Shown piece after piece: positions 22,629 through 32,336 of a stretch of 64,000 nt of DNA (positions are counted from its first letter, which is position 1; each line of letters opens with the position of its first letter). The notes beneath the pieces are model-generated. The model did not search any database and was not told the DNA's origin. It saw only the letters and a list, made by a program, of their open reading frames with translations. Made by a program: the position numbers and the translations under genes. The stretch lies in the NCBI GenBank assembly GCA_046051985.1, contig JBJONF010000001.1:42294-106293 (forward strand). The letters are read 5' to 3'. The stretch comes from Actinomycetota bacterium. GTDB lineage: Bacteria; Actinomycetota; Actinomycetes; Nanopelagicales; Nanopelagicaceae.

Positions 22629-24046
22629 CCCGTACCTACACAGTCGAAACCTACGGCTGCCAAATGAATGTTCATGACTCTGAACGAATTGCAGGGTTGT
22701 TGGATGAAGCAGGATTTATCCCGGTAGTAACTGGCGAACAAGCAGATATTGTTGTTTTTAACACCTGCGCCGTTCGAGAAAATGCAGATAACAAACTGTA
22801 TGGAAATTTAAGTTTCCTAGCACCTATTAAGAAAGCCAATCCAAATATGCAGATCGCTGTTGGTGGTTGTCTTGCCCAAAAGGATCAAGCAACAATTCTT
22901 AAAAAGGCGCCATATGTTGATGTTGTCTTCGGTACTCACAACGTTGGATCTTTGCCTGTGTTACTTGAGCGCGCACGGGTTGAAGAAGAGTCTCAGATCG
23001 AAATTCTAGAAGCGCTGGAACATTTCCCATCGACGCTCCCCGCTAGACGTTTATCAGCGTTTTCATCATGGGTTTCAGTTTCGGTTGGCTGTAACAACAC
23101 ATGTACTTTTTGTATCGTTCCAGCGTTGCGTGGAATCGAGAAAGATCGAAATGAAGCTGACATCTTGGCTGAGGTAAAAGCCCTTGTTGATCAAGGAGTC
23201 ATCGAAATTACCTTGCTTGGCCAAAATGTAAATGCCTACGGCGTGGATTTTGGTGATCGCCAAGCTTTTGCCAAGTTACTCAAAAAGTGTGGCGAAATTG
23301 CTGGACTCGAGCGCGTTCGCTTCATGTCACCACATCCACGTGATTTCACCGATGATGTTATTGAAGCTATGGCGCAAACCCCCAACGTTATGCCTCATTT
23401 ACATATGCCTTTGCAATCAGGATCGGATCGAATTCTCCAGCACATGCGCAGGTCATATCGAACCGATAGATACCTAGGAATTTTAGATCGCGTTCGAACT
23501 GAAATTCCTCATGCGGCAATTACTACCGACATCATTGTTGGCTTCCCCGGAGAAACCGAAGAAGATTTTCAGGCGACTTTAGATCTATGTACAACAGCAC
23601 GATTTACCGCCGCTTACACCTATCAATATTCAAAGCGCCCTGGTACACCTGCTGCAACCATGCCGGATCAAGTTTTACCTGAAGTTGTTGGCGAGCGATA
23701 CACCCGATTGCACAATCATCAACAAGAAATTTCTTTGTCGGTCAATCAAGAGGCGATTGGAACAACGCATAAGATTTTGGTCGGAGATTATGAGGGTCGT
23801 AGAGATGAGGCACAAGAACGTTTAACGGGGCGCAGCGAAGACTTTAGGTTAGTTCACTTTGATAATAAGTTTGTTGCTCGTCCAGGAGATGAAGTAGCTG
23901 TAAAAATCACCCAGGCGTCTGCGCATTATTTGATTGGAGAACCTTTGTCTGTTCGCCAAACCAGGGGAGCAGATGCTCATCAACTGCGAATTGCCAACCC
24001 TGTGCCGGCATCGACCATGCTTGGAATTCCAACGGTTAAACGATGA
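22625..24046 (+). CDS. miaB: tRNA i6A37 methylthiotransferase
   Basis: [19 protein letters not shown], radical SAM motif [12 protein letters not shown] domain. Confidence 0.96.
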   Translation: MTRTYTVETYGCQMNVHDSERIAGLLDEAGFIPVVTGEQADIVVFNTCAVRENADNKLYGNLSFLAPIKKANPNMQIAVGGCLAQKDQATILKKAPYVDVVFGTHNVGSLPVLLERARVEEESQIEILEALEHFPSTLPARRLSAFSSWVSVSVGCNNTCTFCIVPALRGIEKDRNEADILAEVKALVDQGVIEITLLGQNVNAYGVDFGDRQAFAKLLKKCGEIAGLERVRFMSPHPRDFTDDVIEAMAQTPNVMPHLHMPLQSGSDRILQHMRRSYRTDRYLGILDRVRTEIPHAAITTDIIVGFPGETEEDFQATLDLCTTARFTAAYTYQYSKRPGTPAATMPDQVLPEVVGERYTRLHNHQQEISLSVNQEAIGTTHKILVGDYEGRRDEAQERLTGRSEDFRLVHFDNKFVARPGDEVAVKITQASAHYLIGEPLSVRQTRGADAHQLRIANPVPASTMLGIPTVKR

Positions 24047-24939
24047 GATTGATTGTCATTTGTGGCGCAACTGCCACAGGTAAGAGCGATCTGGCGGTAT
24101 CACTGGCACAGCAAATAAATGCTGAAATTATCAACGCTGATTCTATGCAACTGTATAAGGGCATGGATATCGGCACGGCAAAGATAAGTATTGATGAGCG
24201 CAAAGGGATTGCTCACCACATGATGGATTTACTTGATGTGAGCCAGGATGCCAATGTCGCTTGGTATCAAGAAAAGGCTCGTGCTGTGATCTCAGAAATC
24301 CATGGCAGAAATAAAGATGCAGTTATCGTTGGCGGAACTGGGTTGTATATCAAAGCCATTTTGGATGAGCTGAACTTTCCAGATACTGATCCAGTTGTTC
24401 GGGCAGAACTCGAACTTGAGTTTGCCACAAAAGGTATTGGGCCACTTTTCGAGCGCTTAGAAAAACTTGATCCAGCTGCTGCCCTTGCGATTGATAAAGC
24501 AAATTCACGCCGAGTTATCAGGGCTCTTGAAGTGATAAAAATTACTGGCAAGCCCTTTACTGCAAACCTGCCGCGTGAAGAAAGTTCACGTTATCCATTT
24601 GCTCAACAGTTTGGCCTAGTGATGGATCGCGACACTTTGTCCGAACGAATTTCCACTCGAGTAGATCGCATGTGGGAACAAGGATTAGTTCAAGAGGCTC
24701 ACACTCTTTTACAAGCGGGAATAATGCAAGGAACAACGGCGCAACGAGCCTTGGGTTATGCGCAAGTGATTGCTCAAATTGAGGGCAAGGTGAGTCAAGA
24801 AGAGGCTCAGGAAGAGACCAAGCGAGCAACCAGACAATATGCACGCCGTCAAGAAACCTGGTTTTCTCGTGATGATCGCATCACATGGATATCGCCGGTA
24901 CAAAATGCCCTCCAGCGCATCCTTGAATCGATAAACTAA
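24043..24939 (+). CDS. miaA: tRNA dimethylallyltransferase
   Basis: [32 protein letters not shown]. Confidence 0.96.
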   Translation: MRLIVICGATATGKSDLAVSLAQQINAEIINADSMQLYKGMDIGTAKISIDERKGIAHHMMDLLDVSQDANVAWYQEKARAVISEIHGRNKDAVIVGGTGLYIKAILDELNFPDTDPVVRAELELEFATKGIGPLFERLEKLDPAAALAIDKANSRRVIRALEVIKITGKPFTANLPREESSRYPFAQQFGLVMDRDTLSERISTRVDRMWEQGLVQEAHTLLQAGIMQGTTAQRALGYAQVIAQIEGKVSQEEAQEETKRATRQYARRQETWFSRDDRITWISPVQNALQRILESIN

Positions 24940-24944
24940 TAACA

Positions 24945-25742
24945 ATGATTGCAACGTATGGCCACGGTACCGAAAACGATTTTGTGCTCGTTTTCGATCC
25001 TACTGATGAGCACTCCATTACAACAGCCCAGACCGCTGCAATTTGTAATCGAGAAACAGGCATTGGTGCCGATGGCTTGATTCGCATGATTAAGCGTGAT
25101 GGTAAATGGTTTATGGATTACCGCAATGCCGATGGTTCCTTAGCTGAAATGTGTGGCAACGGTATTCGCGTAATGGCCCGCTACTTAGTCGAACGTGGTC
25201 ATCAGCCAGAGGGAATTTTCGCAATCAATACGCGTGACGGAATCAAACACTTGCGAGTCCCACTAACCGATGACATTTCAGTCAACATGGGTCAGGTAAC
25301 CGATGAGGCAGAAAGTATCACCGCTGGCACAAATGGACATATCTGGAACGGTTACAACATCAGTGTTGGTAACCCACATGCAGTTGTCTTTGTTGATGAC
25401 ATGTCCCACATCGGTGAACTCAATGAACCGCCAGTTGTACGTCCGCGAGATTCCTATCCAGAAGGCGTTAACGTTGAGTTCGTAAAGATTACTGAAGGAA
25501 ACTCAATACAAATGCGCGTCTTTGAAAGAGGCTCAGGCGAAACTCGTTCGTGCGGAACTGGAACCTGCGCCGTAGCCCTAGCTGCAACTTTACATACCAA
25601 GGGAAAACTTCCGGCAACATGGATTATCAACCCACCAGGTGGTCGACTTGAAGTGTCAATTGATGGACATTCAAATGCCACCCTTACTGGCCCAGCTGTT
25701 TTAATTCGAGATGTAGATATTTCTGGGTTTCTCCTTGAGTAA
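24945..25742 (+). CDS. dapF: Diaminopimelate epimerase
   Basis: HGTENDF, MCGNGIR, GNPH, ERGSGETRSCGTG. Confidence 0.96.
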   Translation: MIATYGHGTENDFVLVFDPTDEHSITTAQTAAICNRETGIGADGLIRMIKRDGKWFMDYRNADGSLAEMCGNGIRVMARYLVERGHQPEGIFAINTRDGIKHLRVPLTDDISVNMGQVTDEAESITAGTNGHIWNGYNISVGNPHAVVFVDDMSHIGELNEPPVVRPRDSYPEGVNVEFVKITEGNSIQMRVFERGSGETRSCGTGTCAVALAATLHTKGKLPATWIINPPGGRLEVSIDGHSNATLTGPAVLIRDVDISGFLLE

Positions 25743-27198
25743 AGATTTTGATGTAGAGTTTGAAAAACTTCTTCAAGAAAGCGCCCGAGTTGCGGCAGAA
25801 TTTGATGCCAGTGAAGAAGACAAAAACATAGATCAGTCTCAGGAGCTCTCTGAGCGCCATGCTTTGCGACGTGTCCAAGGCTTCTCCACCGAACTTCAGG
25901 ATATTTCAGAGGCGGAATATCGACAGTTACAACTAGAACGCGTTGTGCTGGTGGGGGTTTGGACAGAAGGAACTATTAAAGATGCCGAGAACTCTTTAGC
26001 TGAACTAAAAGCGTTAGCAGAAACTGCAGGGTCGGAAGTCTTAGAGGGATTAATTCAAAGACGAGATAAACCAGATCCGGCGACATATATCGGTTCCGGA
26101 AAAGTTACTGAGCTGAAGCAAGTTGTTGCGGCAACTGGTGCGGACACAGTGGTGTGTGACGGTGAATTATCTCCTTCACAACTTCGACAACTTGAAGATA
26201 AGTTAAAGGTGAAAGTTGTAGATCGAACCGCGTTGATTCTGGATATTTTTGCCCAGCATGCCAAAAGTAAAGAAGGTAAGGCTCAAGTCGAACTGGCACA
26301 GATTGCTTACTTGTTACCGCGTTTGCGTGGTTGGGGAGATTCCTTATCACGGCAGGTAGGTGGTCGTGCTGCTGGTGGTGCAGGAATTGGTGGACGTGGT
26401 CCCGGTGAAACAAAGATTGAAACAGATCGACGTCGTATTAGAGACAAAATGGCAAAACTTCGTCGAGAGATTGCCGAGATGAAAGTATCGCGCGATACCA
26501 AACGTCAAGAACGGCGCAGGTTTAACATTCCATCTGTAGCAATTGCAGGATATACAAACGCTGGAAAGTCCTCGCTACTCAACAAATTGACTGATGCCGG
26601 AGTTCTAGTTGAAAACGCCCTCTTTGCAACTTTAGATCCAACAGTTCGCAAAACGCAGACTAGTGACGGTCGAATTTATACTCTCAGTGACACCGTTGGT
26701 TTTGTAAGGCATCTGCCACACCAACTAATTGATGCCTTTAAATCAACCCTTGAAGAGGTCTCTGAATCAGATTTGATTGTGCACGTTGTAGATGGTTCTC
26801 ATGCTGATCCATTTGAACAAATTAAAGCGGTTCGTCTAGTTATTGATGAAATTGGCGGAAAAGATATTCCAGAGATCATCGCGATCAACAAGGTTGATAT
26901 TGCAGATCCAAATGTGATTATGGAGATACTGCGCAAAGAACCCAACAGCTATGCCTTTTCGGTGCGCACAGGCTTTGGTGTTGAAGGTTTGCTTCATGCA
27001 ATTGAGAATTCGCTGCCTCGACCATCTGTTGAGATAAATGTTGTTATTCCATATGACAGAGGAGATTTAGTTCATGCCATTCATGAACAGGGTGAGATTT
27101 TCTCAGAGCAGTACGTAGAAGCAGGAACCTCAATTCACGCGCGCGTGGATGGGGGATTGGCGCAAAGAATCGAGAATTCCCGCACAAGTGGGGAATAA
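25735..27198 (+). CDS. hflX: Ribosome-splitting GTPase HflX
   Basis: GPGETKIE, GYTNAGKS, LFATLD, DTVGF, NKVD. Confidence 0.96.
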   Translation: MSKDFDVEFEKLLQESARVAAEFDASEEDKNIDQSQELSERHALRRVQGFSTELQDISEAEYRQLQLERVVLVGVWTEGTIKDAENSLAELKALAETAGSEVLEGLIQRRDKPDPATYIGSGKVTELKQVVAATGADTVVCDGELSPSQLRQLEDKLKVKVVDRTALILDIFAQHAKSKEGKAQVELAQIAYLLPRLRGWGDSLSRQVGGRAAGGAGIGGRGPGETKIETDRRRIRDKMAKLRREIAEMKVSRDTKRQERRRFNIPSVAIAGYTNAGKSSLLNKLTDAGVLVENALFATLDPTVRKTQTSDGRIYTLSDTVGFVRHLPHQLIDAFKSTLEEVSESDLIVHVVDGSHADPFEQIKAVRLVIDEIGGKDIPEIIAINKVDIADPNVIMEILRKEPNSYAFSVRTGFGVEGLLHAIENSLPRPSVEINVVIPYDRGDLVHAIHEQGEIFSEQYVEAGTSIHARVDGGLAQRIENSRTSGE

Positions 27199-27310
27199 CA
27201 CCGACACGCCGTGCGTTATATCAAGCAGAACACAGTCAAATGCGCCATGATGCGCCCGCAAGGACAATTTGAATCGATAACGGCGATACATTGAAAAGGT
27301 GGTGAGAGCA

Positions 27311-27607
27311 ATGGCAACAGATTACGACACACCCAGAAAAACTGATGAGGAACTTCATGAGGAGTCTCTAGAAGAATTAAAGGCCAAGCGTGTTGATGCT
27401 CAATCCGGACAAATCGATGTTGATGAAGCTGAAGCTGCTGAAAACCTAGAGCTACCAGGTGCAGATCTTTCAGGTGAAGAACTTGCAGTGCGTGTGGTTC
27501 CAAAGCAAGTTGATGAGTTCACATGCTCTCGTTGCTTCTTGGTACATCACATGACTCAGCTAGCTAAAGGCGAAGGCGCTAAAGCTGTTTGTAAAGAGTG
27601 CAACTAA
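27311..27607 (+). CDS. DUF4193 family protein
   Basis: MATDYDTPRK...EFTCSRCFLVHH..CKEC, the characteristic actinobacterial family next to dut. Confidence 0.88.
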   Translation: MATDYDTPRKTDEELHEESLEELKAKRVDAQSGQIDVDEAEAAENLELPGADLSGEELAVRVVPKQVDEFTCSRCFLVHHMTQLAKGEGAKAVCKECN

Positions 27608-28035
27608 CCCTTAAGAGCTGTTAGTAATTCTCTTCCTTTTTTTGTTGTGATCAGCCAGTAGGGCGTTTTGTCTCGCGCATCTAAAACCTGAACCTTTACC
27701 GCCTTGCTGCTCCAAAATCTAATTGCTAGAAAAGCTAAAGGGTCTGCATCTCGTGTGCGAATTAACTTCACCTGGGCTGGGGTAAGAACTTCTACCTCTC
27801 CAATATAAACGTGCTCTAAAGCTGCATTGCCAACACGCAAATGTGTTTGGTCAACCTGAATCTTTAGGGCTGTTTTGAAGTACAAATAAACAAGCCAGAT
27901 GGTTAGAACTCCAAAGGTTATGAGTGCTGGCGTATTTCCAAGGGCTGCCCAGATTGATAAAACCATAGAAAGAAAGAGAAAGTACACGAAGGCGATTAGC
28001 CAGAGTGGTGCACGTATCACTTCCTTAAATCTCAC
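27604..28035 (-). CDS. DUF3093 family membrane protein
   Basis: Two TM helices, then DPLAF..RFW..D..DKTPYWLITT. GTG start at 28035 chosen; synteny with dut. Confidence 0.82.
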   Translation of the reverse strand: MRFKEVIRAPLWLIAFVYFLFLSMVLSIWAALGNTPALITFGVLTIWLVYLYFKTALKIQVDQTHLRVGNAALEHVYIGEVEVLTPAQVKLIRTRDADPLAFLAIRFWSSKAVKVQVLDARDKTPYWLITTKKGRELLTALKG

Positions 28036-28090
28036 ACCTTGATCTCGCACGGGATTACCGTATCTGATATTCAAGGAGTAAAGTTCAGGC

Positions 28091-28675
28091 ATGGCACGTA
28101 TTCCAAGTACGACCGCTCCAGAAGGGGCGTTGATCCCTGAAAGGCATGCGAAAGCCCCAGCAGTCGGTAGCAAAATTCCATCTCACTTTGGTCATTGCTT
28201 TGGTTGTGGAGAGCTTCATCCAACTGGACTTCATCTTGTTGCATATGCAGGCCAAGGTATGGATATCACTGCAGAATTTACTGTCAATGAAAATCATCAA
28301 GGCGCACCTGGTCTTGCACACGGCGGATTGTTGTCCTTGGCTTTTGATGAAGCTTTAGGAAAACTAATGTGGCTGTTGCGAGCACCTGCGGTGACTGGAC
28401 GATTGGAAACAGATTTCTTAAAACCAGTGCCAGTGGGATCAACGCTTCATATCAGCGCAAAAATTACAGGTCAGGAAGGTCGAAAGGTTTTCACAGAAGC
28501 CATCGGTCGTCTAAACTCAGCAGAAGGCGAGATCGCAGTAAAGGCAGCTGCGCTGTTTATCGTTGTCACTATGGATCACTTCTTGAATAATGCTCCCAAA
28601 GAGTATTTAGAACAGTTAGCAAAGACGCCAGAACTCATGGCTTATGTAGATTCAAATTTTGGAATTAATCCCTAG
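28091..28675 (+). CDS. PaaI-family (hotdog) thioesterase
   Basis: CFGCG, HQGAPGLAHGG..DEALG. Confidence 0.88.
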   Translation: MARIPSTTAPEGALIPERHAKAPAVGSKIPSHFGHCFGCGELHPTGLHLVAYAGQGMDITAEFTVNENHQGAPGLAHGGLLSLAFDEALGKLMWLLRAPAVTGRLETDFLKPVPVGSTLHISAKITGQEGRKVFTEAIGRLNSAEGEIAVKAAALFIVVTMDHFLNNAPKEYLEQLAKTPELMAYVDSNFGINP

Positions 28676-28677
28676 TT

Positions 28678-29121
28678 ATGAGCAATGTTCAGGTTTTGAT
28701 TACACGTCTGGATGAATCGATACCGCTTCCACGGTATGCAAAAGGTGGAGATGCCGGTGCTGACATAGTTACTCGCATTGATATCACCTTAAATCCAGGG
28801 GAGCGGGCCCTAGTGCCCACTGGCATTTCAATTGCATTGCCAGATGGATATGCAGCTTTTGTTCATCCACGTTCAGGTTTAGCGATCAAGCACGGCGTGA
28901 CCATGGTTAATGCACCAGGCACAGTTGATGCCGGGTTTAGAGGTGAACTGCAATGCATCATGATCAACCATGATCAAAAGGAAGCCATCACTTTCAAAAA
29001 AGGTGACCGCATCGCACAACTCGTAATTCAAAAGGTCGAACGGGCCGACTTTGTTGAAGTAAGAGACTTGCCAGGTTCAGGCCGCGGCACCGATGGTTTT
29101 GGGTCAACGGGTCGCGCATGA
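28678..29121 (+). CDS. dut: dUTP diphosphatase
   Basis: AGAD, PRSGLA, GTVDAGFRGE, RIAQL, RGTDGFGSTG. Confidence 0.97.
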   Translation: MSNVQVLITRLDESIPLPRYAKGGDAGADIVTRIDITLNPGERALVPTGISIALPDGYAAFVHPRSGLAIKHGVTMVNAPGTVDAGFRGELQCIMINHDQKEAITFKKGDRIAQLVIQKVERADFVEVRDLPGSGRGTDGFGSTGRA

Positions 29122-29738
29122 GCCAACATGATGAAGACCGTGACAAAGTTGTTAACGCTTTGGGCGGCAAAAAAGGCCTGATCGATTCAGGCGTGCCAGC
29201 TGTAGTTTTCTTGATTGTTTTTAACTTTACTAAAGAGGTTTCTACGGCAACTTGGGCTGCACTTTCCTTGTCATTAGTGTTGGCGATCTTTAGGTTGATC
29301 AAAAAAGACACAATCCAGCACTCAGTTTCTGGAGTAATCGGAGTTTTAATCTGTGCATACTTTGCTAATCGCAGCGGAAATGCCGAAGATTTTTACATTC
29401 CAAAGTTGTTAACAAATCTTGGATACGGAACGGTGTACTTAATTGCAAACCTTGTTGGTTGGCCGATTTTAGGTGTGGTTTTAGGTCCATTGCTTGGCGA
29501 AAATTTTACCTGGCGCAATAACCCAGCCCGAAAGAAGATGTATATCAAAGCAAGTTGGCTCTGGGTTGCAATGTTCTTCGTGCGAATTGCAGTTCAGTAT
29601 CCGATTTATAAGAGTGGAAACGTCAACTTGCTAGGTACCGTAAATCTAGCCATGGGATATCCATTATTTTTCATTACGGCATATGCAACATGGTTGGTAA
29701 TTAAGGCGGGACCGCCTGCACAAAAAGTTACTGATTAA
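29118..29738 (+). CDS. DUF3159 family membrane protein
   Basis: LGGKKGLIDS..P, multiple TM segments, lies between dut and the trkA pair. Confidence 0.82.
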   Translation: MSQHDEDRDKVVNALGGKKGLIDSGVPAVVFLIVFNFTKEVSTATWAALSLSLVLAIFRLIKKDTIQHSVSGVIGVLICAYFANRSGNAEDFYIPKLLTNLGYGTVYLIANLVGWPILGVVLGPLLGENFTWRNNPARKKMYIKASWLWVAMFFVRIAVQYPIYKSGNVNLLGTVNLAMGYPLFFITAYATWLVIKAGPPAQKVTD

Positions 29739-30391
29739 GAGATAAAGCAGGCTTTAATCTGAGCTTCAGCATCTGCCGATGCTACAAATAGCAGCTCATC
29801 ACCGGCAGCAAAAACATCATGTGCTTTAGCTGTAATTACTCGACCATCACGAACGATTGCAGCTAGTGCTGCATTTTCTGGAAGCTCAATTTCTTCAACG
29901 GTTTTACCGATACAGGCAGAACCATCAGGCAAAGTAAGTTCAACCAGGTTTGCCTGACCTTTTCTAAATGAGAATAAGCGAACAACATCACCCACACTTA
30001 CTGCCTCTTCAACAAGGGCAGCAATAATTCGCGGCGTTGATACCGCAACATCGACACCCCATGAAGAATCAAAGAGCCATTCATTTTTTGGATGATTAAT
30101 TCGGGCAACTACACGCGGGACGCCATATTCAGTTTTACCCAAAAGCGAGGTCACAAGATTTGCTTTGTCATCTCCGGTAGCGGCAACTAAAACCTGGCAG
30201 TTGTTCAGATGAGCGTTATCTAAGGAGGTGATTTCACATGCATCGGCCATCAGCCATTCAGCATCCGGAACACTCTCTAGCTTCAAGGCTTTCGGGTCCT
30301 TGTCGATCAAAAGAACTTGATGACCATTATCCAAAAGTTCGCGAGCAATAGCTCGTCCCACATTTCCGGCTCCTGCAATTGCAATTCTCAT
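29735..30391 (-). CDS. trkA: TrkA-family RCK_N/RCK_C protein (CeoC-like)
   Basis: IAGAGNVG, ATGDDKANL, C-terminal RCK_C. Confidence 0.9.
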   Translation of the reverse strand: MRIAIAGAGNVGRAIARELLDNGHQVLLIDKDPKALKLESVPDAEWLMADACEITSLDNAHLNNCQVLVAATGDDKANLVTSLLGKTEYGVPRVVARINHPKNEWLFDSSWGVDVAVSTPRIIAALVEEAVSVGDVVRLFSFRKGQANLVELTLPDGSACIGKTVEEIELPENAALAAIVRDGRVITAKAHDVFAAGDELLFVASADAEAQIKACFIS

Positions 30392-31056
30392 TAACGTTCA
30401 CCTTCTGGGCTACTTGCAAGAATTTCTTCGGTACGAGCAACATCAGTGTCTGAAACCATCACATGAATCAGATCGCCTTGCTGTAAAACGGTGTGCTCAT
30501 CTGGGATTAAACCTTCACCTAGACGAGTAATAAACGCCACACGAGCAGGTGTCATTGCATCAATCAGAAGAATAGGGCGCCCGTACCAATCATCTTGAGG
30601 ATGAACTTCACAGAGTTGCACCATTCCTGTGGCATCTCGCCATTCAGATCTGGAACCTTCGGGAGCAAGGCGACGCAAAATTTGATCGGTTGCCCACAAG
30701 ACTGTTGCCACGGTTGGGATACCTAGGCGTTGATAAATTTCTGCTCGACCTGGATCGTAGATTCGCGCAACAACGTTGTGGACTCCGTATGTTTCGCGAG
30801 CAACACGAGCGGCCAAAATATTTGAGTTATCACCGTTACTTACAGCTGCAAATGCATCTGCTTCTTGAATGCCAGCTTCTAGAAGTGTGTCTCTATCAAA
30901 TCCAACACCAGTGACTGTGCGTCCCTTGAAGTTAGGACCTAAACGGCGGAAAGCTTCGCGGGCTTGATCAATGACTGAAACGGTATGACCAGCGGCTTCG
31001 AGTTCGATGGCCAGTGAAGAACCAACTCGACCGCAACCCATGATTACTACGTGCAC
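30391..31056 (-). CDS. trkA: TrkA-family RCK protein (CeoB-like)
   Basis: MGCGRVG, GDNSNILAARVARE, ARIYDP. Confidence 0.9.
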   Translation of the reverse strand: MHVVIMGCGRVGSSLAIELEAAGHTVSVIDQAREAFRRLGPNFKGRTVTGVGFDRDTLLEAGIQEADAFAAVSNGDNSNILAARVARETYGVHNVVARIYDPGRAEIYQRLGIPTVATVLWATDQILRRLAPEGSRSEWRDATGMVQLCEVHPQDDWYGRPILLIDAMTPARVAFITRLGEGLIPDEHTVLQQGDLIHVMVSDTDVARTEEILASSPEGER

Positions 31057-31088
31057 AGGATGTAACTTACACCCATAAACTTCACTCT

Positions 31089-32303
31089 ATGGCATCAAAC
31101 AAGAGTTCAGCGCTAAAAATTGGTGATTTGATCGATGTCACTATTGAAAAAGTCGCGCACGGGGGACATTTTATTGCCCGCCACGACGGGGCAGTTATCT
31201 TTGTGCGACACGCTATTCCTGGCGAACAGTGCACTATCGAAGTTACAAGCACTGGTTCCTCCTTCAACCGAGCTGATGTCGTTTCGGTATCGCAACCATC
31301 CGAGTTCAGGGTTGACCCACCTTGTCAATACGCACACCGCTTAGGGTGTGGAGGCTGCGACTTTCAACATATAACTCCGTCACATCAAAGAGTTCTTAAG
31401 TCCGATGTCATCACAGAGCAGTTTTCCAGAATTGCAAAGAAAGACATCCATGTTGAAGTAGAAGAGGTGGGAGCTCCGATTGGATGGCGTACCCGCGCAA
31501 TCGCAACAACAAATCGAAATGGAAAATTAGGTTTTTACAAGTCTCGTTCGCATTCAATCGCCCCAGTTGATGATTGCATCATTTGTGTAGAGGGCATGAA
31601 CTTTTCTGAAATTGCCGCTCGTCCGCTGAAAGGTGATGTTCGGGTTGAAATAAGTGCTTCAAATTCAGGAGAGCGAACCATCGCCTTAGCTCCAACACGC
31701 GGTGAAGAGAAAGCAAGAATTACAGAAGGTCAAGCAGTTTTACATGAAGTTGTGCATGGCAAAACTCTTGAAGTTAGTCAGGATTCATTTTGGCAAAGCC
31801 ACAAAAAGGCCCCAGAAGTTTTAACTGAGGCGGTTCTTGATTTTGCGCAATTGAAGTCAGGGGAGCATGTTCTGGATTTATATGGAGGCGTTGGACTTTT
31901 TACTGCAGCAATAATTGAAGTAGTTGGCGTAACTGGACATGTTGATCTCATCGAAGGAAGCAAGGTTGCAACAGAGGATGCTCGAAGAAACTTTGCAACA
32001 GCAAAAAATGTAACCGTTGCTACCGGAGATGTTGCAAAGCTCTTGCCACGAGTCACAACTGCAGATGTTGTGGTTCTAGATCCACCACGTGAAGGTGCTG
32101 GCCGAGATGTAATTATGCAAATCACCGCCCTTAATCCTCGAGCGATTGTCTATGTGGCATGTGACCCAGCAGCCCTTGCCAGAGATACCGCCTATCTGGA
32201 AGATCACAGTTATAGCTTGGCGAAATTGCGTGCTTTTGATCTCTTTCCTATGACACATCACATCGAATGTGTTGCCCTGTATGAGCGTGCTGAGGTATCT
32301 TGA
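31089..32303 (+). CDS. TRAM-domain RNA m5U methyltransferase (RlmD/TrmA family)
   Basis: TRAM N-terminus, C..CGGC Fe-S motif, LDLYGGVG, LDPPREG, YVACDP, DLFPMTHHIE. Confidence 0.9.
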   Translation: MASNKSSALKIGDLIDVTIEKVAHGGHFIARHDGAVIFVRHAIPGEQCTIEVTSTGSSFNRADVVSVSQPSEFRVDPPCQYAHRLGCGGCDFQHITPSHQRVLKSDVITEQFSRIAKKDIHVEVEEVGAPIGWRTRAIATTNRNGKLGFYKSRSHSIAPVDDCIICVEGMNFSEIAARPLKGDVRVEISASNSGERTIALAPTRGEEKARITEGQAVLHEVVHGKTLEVSQDSFWQSHKKAPEVLTEAVLDFAQLKSGEHVLDLYGGVGLFTAAIIEVVGVTGHVDLIEGSKVATEDARRNFATAKNVTVATGDVAKLLPRVTTADVVVLDPPREGAGRDVIMQITALNPRAIVYVACDPAALARDTAYLEDHSYSLAKLRAFDLFPMTHHIECVALYERAEVS

Positions 32304-32336
32304 GCGCTGGTCACGCGCATCGACGAAAGGCAGATA

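Noticed and set aside
27199-27211. TGTCGGTG on the minus strand / GACAC (WhiA-like) upstream of DUF4193
   Set aside because: No -10 at 8 nt spacing and it points antisense into hflX. GACAC alone is too short to support a call.
32296-32320. TATCTTGA half-site upstream of acnA
   Set aside because: No matching second half-site, and it overlaps the end of a coding sequence.
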